Both the position numbers and the translations under genes were made by a program. A DNA stretch of 64,000 nt. Source: a virus. The notes beneath the pieces are model-generated. The model made no database searches. It was not told the DNA's origin and worked only from the letters and a program-made list of their open reading frames with translations. The DNA lies in the IMG/VR virus record IMGVR_UViG_3300013306_000002, positions 1-64,000 of that record; one strand, written 5' to 3'. Positions 58,902-64,000 of the stretch are shown piece by piece (the first letter of the stretch is position 1; every line of letters starts with the position of its first letter).

Positions 58902-59474
58902 TCACAGCGCCGCCATCAGGACATCCCTGGCCAAGTTGATGTTCGCCATCTTTTGGGTCGACCCCCCGTGATCCGGGTGATGCTTCTTGACCAGCACGCG
59001 GTGCCGCGCCTTGATCTTGTCGGCGTCCAGCAACTCGTGCATCTGGAACCCCATCACCTGCCGTGCCGCCGCCCGTGCCCTGTGGATCTCGGCCCCGGGG
59101 GGTGGTTGCTGCCGATGTCCGCCTGCGTGCGGGATATTCCAGTTCCACGGGCGACGGGCGCCTGACTGGGCCCTCCGGTGAGATGCATCCTCCGAGACCC
59201 CGGAGATGTCCGGCCGGTAATCGCCCCCGATGCCAGCGACCCACTGGTTCAGAAACGCCTCCGCCGCGCCCAGGGTGGCCTCCCGGTTGATAGGGTTGCC
59301 CTGCAAGAAATCGCTCAGCGAGTCCAGCAGGACCCGCGCCGGCGGTCTTGGGCGGCTGGCCTCCGCCAGTGACACACGATGCGGCGGGCAGAGCGCTGGG
59401 TCGCCCGATCCGTCCATCGGACACCGGCGCGTGCCCTCCTTGTACGTGCAGCGCGGGACCCTGGCGCGTGGCAT
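58902..59474 (-). CDS. Zn-finger plus C-terminal DnaJ domain protein
   Basis: C..C..C..H N-terminus; IKARHRVLVKKHHPDHGG...INLARDVL. Confidence 0.8.
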   Translation of the reverse strand: MPRARVPRCTYKEGTRRCPMDGSGDPALCPPHRVSLAEASRPRPPARVLLDSLSDFLQGNPINREATLGAAEAFLNQWVAGIGGDYRPDISGVSEDASHRRAQSGARRPWNWNIPHAGGHRQQPPPGAEIHRARAAARQVMGFQMHELLDADKIKARHRVLVKKHHPDHGGSTQKMANINLARDVLMAAL

Positions 59475-59481
59475 GCCCGGA

Positions 59482-60138
59482 TCACTCGGTCTCGGACGGA
59501 TCGCCCAGCACAACCTCGGAGGTTGGTGTTGGTGTGGCCGTGCTGGCGGCGGCTGCGCGGGCGGCGATCTTCTCGGCAAGTCCGCGGTTCACCGGGATAG
59601 TGATCGGCGAACGCCGGTTATAGTCGTGCGGGACGGGCGGCTTGGGTCCGTACACCCCATCGAAGTCGATCGGGGGCACCACGGAGCGACCATCGTCGGC
59701 GACCACACATGTCATCGCTCCGTCGATGGGTACTGTGACCACGGATCCGTCTGCGCCCTCCGTCGTGGTAGGCGGTGCGCCGTAATCGCGTACCATGCTC
59801 GTGTAGTTGGGCGGGAGATTGTCTCCCAAGGCATCCGCGAATATATCGCCATCAAGGGTGCCGAACGGCCCTAGCGACTCGACGCCCATGGGCCATTGGG
59901 GGGCCACATCAGGGGTCTCCGCGTCGAAGTACGCGCGAGAATCGAACGTCGGAGCATCGGTTGGCGCGGCGCCGGGTCGCGACCAGATGTGGCGAACGAC
60001 AGCGACCACCGTCGTGGACAGCGCATACAGAATGGTCACCCACTTCGCGACATCTACGAACTGGTCAGGCGGGAGGAGCCCGAACGCACAGAGGGCCAGG
60101 ATGCCAGCTGTGGTCAGGCCGAAGAACGCGTGTGGCAT
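59482..60138 (-). CDS. Holin-like membrane protein with a low-complexity tail
   Basis: LCAFGLLPPDQFVDVAKW resembles LCALGFVAVDQWLDYTKW of the adjacent gene. Confidence 0.5.
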   Translation of the reverse strand: MPHAFFGLTTAGILALCAFGLLPPDQFVDVAKWVTILYALSTTVVAVVRHIWSRPGAAPTDAPTFDSRAYFDAETPDVAPQWPMGVESLGPFGTLDGDIFADALGDNLPPNYTSMVRDYGAPPTTTEGADGSVVTVPIDGAMTCVVADDGRSVVPPIDFDGVYGPKPPVPHDYNRRSPITIPVNRGLAEKIAARAAAASTATPTPTSEVVLGDPSETE

Positions 60139-60144
60139 GCTCGG

Positions 60145-60492
60145 TCACCCAGCCTTCGGCGGCGGAACGATGGCGACTGGCGGCGCGGGCGGCGACTCAG
60201 GTCTGGCCGGCGCCCGCTCGGTCGCCATCCTGGCCACGATGCCCGTGATCAGCGGCTCGATCTGCTGCCACACTGCCAGCGGCGCCTTCGGTTGCGCGGA
60301 CGCAATCCCCACTACCCCGGTCACGGTCTTGGCGGCCGCATAGGTCACGAAAATCCATTTCGTGTAGTCGAGCCACTGATCGACCGCGACAAATCCCAAG
60401 GCGCACAGCGTAGTGGCGGCAGCGATGAGCGCGACCGCGACAAGGCCGCGTTCGCTTTTCCAAAGATCCAGGATAGCTCCCATGGTGGGCAT
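60145..60492 (-). CDS. Holin-like membrane protein
   Basis: Two TM segments and a Pro-rich tail. Confidence 0.55.
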   Translation of the reverse strand: MPTMGAILDLWKSERGLVAVALIAAATTLCALGFVAVDQWLDYTKWIFVTYAAAKTVTGVVGIASAQPKAPLAVWQQIEPLITGIVARMATERAPARPESPPAPPVAIVPPPKAG

Positions 60493-60611
60493 CCTGGCAT
60501 GGAAGACGGTCCAACCTCAACATGAGGGAACCGCCGCTAAAGGTTGCGCGACCGGATCATGTCATCCAAGAACACCCGGTCGCGCTTCGCGCGGAGAATT
60601 CCGCGCCAAGG

Positions 60612-62042
60612 CTACTTGCGCTTGCCCTTCTTAGGGGGCTTGGCCGGAGTCGTGCCGGTCGCGTGGTGGATGTACTGGTGCCACTGCTTGGGTAGCGTCT
60701 CCATATCCATTCGGCCCGACGCCACCATGATGCCGAGGACCACGCCCTTCACCAAGTCGTGCGTCGGTGGCTTCTTGGCGGTCATGACCAGCAGATCCTC
60801 GATGATGACGGCCTGCATGGGTTTGGGTTTGGTCGGGGCAGCGGCCGGCGCAGGCTTATCAGGGCCCGAGGCAGCGGCCGGCGCAGACTTATCAGGGCCC
60901 GAGGCCAGTGGCAGATCGGCCTGGGGACCTGCGACCACCGGGCCCTTCTTACCCTTGCCCTGCTTCTTGGCGGCGCGCTTGGCCTCCTTGTCGGCCTTCC
61001 TCTGTGCCTTCGCCGCGTCCTTGTCGGCCTTGGCTTTGTCGCGCTTGACCTGCGCCTCCAGGCGGGCGACCTCCCTTCTTTCCTTGGCGCTCTGCCGCGC
61101 CCCGGACTTGTCGCCGGACGCCCGCGCCTCGGCCACGGCATCGGCCTGCTTCTCCTGCTCTGCACCCTTGGCGCTTACGGCCAGATCCCGGAACTGCTCC
61201 TCGCTGATCTCGCCTTTGCGCCAGCGCTCCAGCAACTTGGCACTCGCAGCCTTGCGAGCGGTCAGAATCTTGGAGACCCATGACTCGGATCGGCCAATCG
61301 TGGCCGCGATCGCCGCCATGGTGGTGATGTTTCCGGTATCGGGGTCGTTGGTCGCCCTCAACTCGGCCGCGCTCTCACTGAGTTCGAAGGCCGAGAGTCC
61401 CTCGCGCAACCCGACGACCCGCAGAACCTCCCGCAGATATAGTCGCGCCAAGTCCTGCGACCACTTGACGGGAACCGGCTCTCGGTCTCGCACCGGGATC
61501 AGGGCATCGTCTCCCAGTTCGGCCATGGTCGCCGCCTTGTGCCGCCGCTGTCCGTCCAGCACGAGCTCGTGGATCTCGCTCTTCGGGCCTTGAATGCGGA
61601 CGACCAGCAGGGGGTCATTGATCCCCGCCAGGAGACCTTCCTCGGTGTTCTTCGAGTTCCGCTTGATGTCGTCGGCCAGGAGCCTGATCGAATCCGGATC
61701 CAGACCCGTGAAGGAGCGAGGATTTCGCCAGTGCTTGTAATCGAGCAGGAGATCGCCCAGCCGCGCCCATCGCGGCGTGCGTGCCTCGATCTCGTCGGCC
61801 GCCAACGCCTCAGCTTCGTTGTCGATCACCTCGGTCCCCTCGTCGGTTGGCCCCGCTCCGGGGCTGTCGTTCTCGATTTCGTTGTCATCCTCCCCATCCG
61901 CCTCGACGCCGGGGTCGGTCTCCTCCTCATGGGTAACCAGCCCCTCATCCTCCTCGTCGTCGTCTTCATCCAGGGGACCCACCGTGCTGTCGTCGTACTC
62001 TTTGTCGCGGAGGTCCGGATCCAGAAACTCGAGGCTGCGCAT
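60612..62042 (-). CDS. ParB/Srx-like N-terminal domain protein with acidic N-terminus and basic C-terminal region
   Basis: RNPR...LADDIK...GINDPLLV...LVLDGQRRHKA; HTH IAATIGRSESWVS; AGGAG SD. Confidence 0.75.
   Translation of the reverse strand: MRSLEFLDPDLRDKEYDDSTVGPLDEDDDEEDEGLVTHEEETDPGVEADGEDDNEIENDSPGAGPTDEGTEVIDNEAEALAADEIEARTPRWARLGDLLLDYKHWRNPRSFTGLDPDSIRLLADDIKRNSKNTEEGLLAGINDPLLVVRIQGPKSEIHELVLDGQRRHKAATMAELGDDALIPVRDREPVPVKWSQDLARLYLREVLRVVGLREGLSAFELSESAAELRATNDPDTGNITTMAAIAATIGRSESWVSKILTARKAASAKLLERWRKGEISEEQFRDLAVSAKGAEQEKQADAVAEARASGDKSGARQSAKERREVARLEAQVKRDKAKADKDAAKAQRKADKEAKRAAKKQGKGKKGPVVAGPQADLPLASGPDKSAPAAASGPDKPAPAAAPTKPKPMQAVIIEDLLVMTAKKPPTHDLVKGVVLGIMVASGRMDMETLPKQWHQYIHHATGTTPAKPPKKGKRK
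60838..60903. repeat. 33-bp tandem duplication within the ParB-like gene
   Basis: GCAGCGGCCGGCGCAG(G/A)CTTATCAGGGCCCGAG twice. Confidence 0.8.
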
Positions 62043-62259
62043 GGTCAATCTCCTGTCGGTTGGAAGAAAAGGTGGCAGGGACAACGGCATGAGGGGACCG
62101 TCGTCCTTTGCGTCGGTGGTGGGGTGTGCACCACTTCGCGGGCTACTGCCATTGCCGGCCCTTGGCGTCTACCACCTCGGGCCAAGAGTCATCACCCATC
62201 ATCTCGTTGCTGAACATCATGCACATCGGGCTTTCCACTGGCAAGGGCTTCGCAGCGTC

Positions 62260-63577
62260 TTACGCGCTCTGCTGTGCGATGGCTTCCAGGGAGGCCACGA
62301 TGAACTCCACAGCTACCTGCGGGACGATCGAGTTGCCGTAGCCCCGCAGAAGCCCCACTCGGCCGGGTAACCCTGCAACCAGCGGGAATGTTCCGGGTTC
62401 AACTGGCCGGGCGACGGGTGGTCCGCCGGATGGGTCTCGGCAGAGGACCCAGTCGGCATCGGCCCAGAATCCGCCAGTTGCGCCTGCAGGGATAGCGAGG
62501 TCACAGACTCGCCGATGTGGGTACCCGTCGCCTTGGTCTTGCGCTTGCGCTCCAGGAACGCTGGGGTCGCCCAGGATGCCGCTCGTATCACTTCGCCCGC
62601 CGTTGTCGGCAGATCCTGGCCGGTCGCCACCCTTCGCTTGCCGCCCTTGGCGCCGTCCGCCGCGCGGGGCGTCGGCCAGGACGCCAGCGCCGCCGCTCCG
62701 TGCAGGGTCAGTTGCACCTTCGTCCCGCTCTTCCTGGTCATGCCCTCGGGTGGCCCGACCGTTCCGCGCGCGTGCGCGTCGGGAGTCGGCCAGTGGCTCA
62801 GTCTCGCCACTTCGTTCAGCGGCCGGGCGTTCTCGCCGTGCATGTTCGACGCGCTGGACTTCCAGTCCCTTGCCGCCGGGGTGGACCATGGCTGCCGTCC
62901 GGGCCGCGCCCAGTAGCATCGGATTGTTCGGCCCGTGGTGGAATGTCTCCCTGCTCGCCGTGCCATCGCTGGCCAGCGGGGTTGGCCACACGGCGGTCTT
63001 TGCCGCCCCCGCCAGCTTGAGCGTCGGCGTCTCGTGGTCCCCGTTCGCGTACGAGTAGTCCCCGCGGGACACGGTCGGTGTAGGCCACGAAGTACAGCCG
63101 CTGTCGCTGGTGCGGAGCGCCGACGCCCGCCGCGCACAGATCCGCCGCCCCGACGGTGTAACCGCATCGTTCCAGGTCAGCGAAAACAACGTCGAGCCAC
63201 CCAAGGCCATCCTTGCTCGCAACCTGCTCTCCAAAGAGGATTGGAGGGCGACACTCCTGGATGAGTGCGAACCATGCTGGCCAAAGATGTCGAGCGTCGC
63301 GAACTCCTTCCCCCTTGCCCGCATCGCTGAACGGCTGGCAGGGGCAACTGCCGGTCCAGATGTCGGCGTCATCAGGGATGCTCGCGAGGCGGAGGGCATA
63401 CGACCAGCCGCCGATGCCCCCGAAGAAATGCCGCTGTCCAGGTCCAGCGACGTCTGCGGGTGTGAGATCGGCGATGGAGCGCCGGTCAACTCGTCCTGGG
63501 GCGATGTGGCCATGGGTGATGAGACTCTCCAGCCAGTCGGCTGCGAAGGGATCGTTCTCGTTGTAGAGGGCCGTCAC
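62260..63577 (-). pseudogene. C5-cytosine DNA methyltransferase split by a 1-nt frameshift near 62890
   Basis: FFGGIGGW, GSCPCQPFS, GEQV and QRQRLY in one frame; LRGYGNSIVPQVA in the next frame. Confidence 0.8.
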
Positions 63578-63858
63578 CGGGCCCAGGTGCGCTGACAGAC
63601 ATCGGGAACGGAATACGATCCATCCCAGGTCCGCTGCATCGTGGCTACGGCCCCCAGGCAGGCATCCTGGTCCCGATCGTTCACCGTCCCGCCCATGCCG
63701 CACCACTGGTGATAGACGATCGGGCAACCCGGAGCGCCGGGCGCCGCCGCGTCGCACCAAGCGTCGGCCTGTTCCTGGCAGGCCTCCGCGCGGGGCATGT
63801 CAGGGATGGAGATGGTGCAGGCGGTGAGCGCCAGCGTGCAGAGGATGGCGACGCGCAT
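63574..63858 (-). CDS. Cys-rich lipoprotein
   Basis: MRVAILCTLALTAC lipobox followed by multiple Cys residues. Confidence 0.6.
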   Translation of the reverse strand: MRVAILCTLALTACTISIPDMPRAEACQEQADAWCDAAAPGAPGCPIVYHQWCGMGGTVNDRDQDACLGAVATMQRTWDGSYSVPDVCQRTWAR

Positions 63859-64000
63859 CACAACCACCACCCGAGGGTAACGACCGAGACCAGCACGCCA
63901 GCCAGGACGCCGCTGGCGAAGGCCAGTGGGTATGCGAGAGCGCGCATCACGCGGCACCTCCGAGCTCTGCCTCGGCCTCTTGTAGCGCCACATTGAGTTC

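Larger units (their letters stand above)
1..64000. mobile_element. Segment of a large temperate virus/provirus, probably tailless with an internal membrane; both ends lie outside the window
   Basis: Phage-type gene density with ATGA/TGATG overlaps, a tyrosine recombinase, a replication initiator, a DNA-modification cluster, spike-like and muralytic proteins; no host housekeeping genes and no tailed-phage morphogenesis genes recognised. Confidence 0.85.

Noticed and set aside
1-64000. CRISPR array, diversity-generating retroelement or retron
   Set aside because: No regularly spaced repeat-spacer units, no reverse transcriptase motifs, and no adenine-specific TR/VR pair was seen; the paralog pairs differ at all base types
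1-64000. tRNA or rRNA genes
   Set aside because: No cloverleaf or rRNA-like segment recognised by eye; tRNAscan was not run

Overview
GC-rich window, roughly two-thirds G+C by eye, with dense and often translationally coupled small genes and no recognisable host housekeeping genes. It reads as part of one large temperate virus or provirus genome. I found no terminase, portal, HK97-type capsid or tape-measure gene. Instead, 1-9025 is a virion operon. It encodes an extremely Arg-rich protein punctuated by 'NP' motifs, two small beta-rich candidate jelly-roll capsid proteins, and a run of small membrane proteins. Those membrane proteins share an N-terminal M-[S/T/A]-Y...basic...[L/M/V]G(D) leader and a C-terminal TM helix followed by basic residues. 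This suggests a tailless, internal-membrane (Varidnaviria-like) virus with two leader or processing signals (inference). A second, inverted, diverged copy of the capsid module lies at about 32.6-35.8 kb. Two families of modular spike-like proteins swap cargo domains (ice-binding DUF3494, pectate-lyase-like beta-helix) onto shared anchors. The rest encodes membrane-anchored muralytic enzymes (M23 peptidase, lytic transglycosylase), a tyrosine recombinase flanked by a kinase and a dual-specificity phosphatase, a replication initiator with internal iteron-like repeats, ParB-like, beta-clamp-like and DnaJ proteins, and many DNA-modification or anti-defence genes. These include three methyltransferases, a PAPS-reductase-like protein, Mom-like, TGT/DpdA-like, NADAR, Gp37/Gp68 and GP88. 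A Myxococcota-like host is suggested only weakly. Several single-base frameshifts may be sequencing errors. All family calls come from motif recognition by eye, not from database searches.
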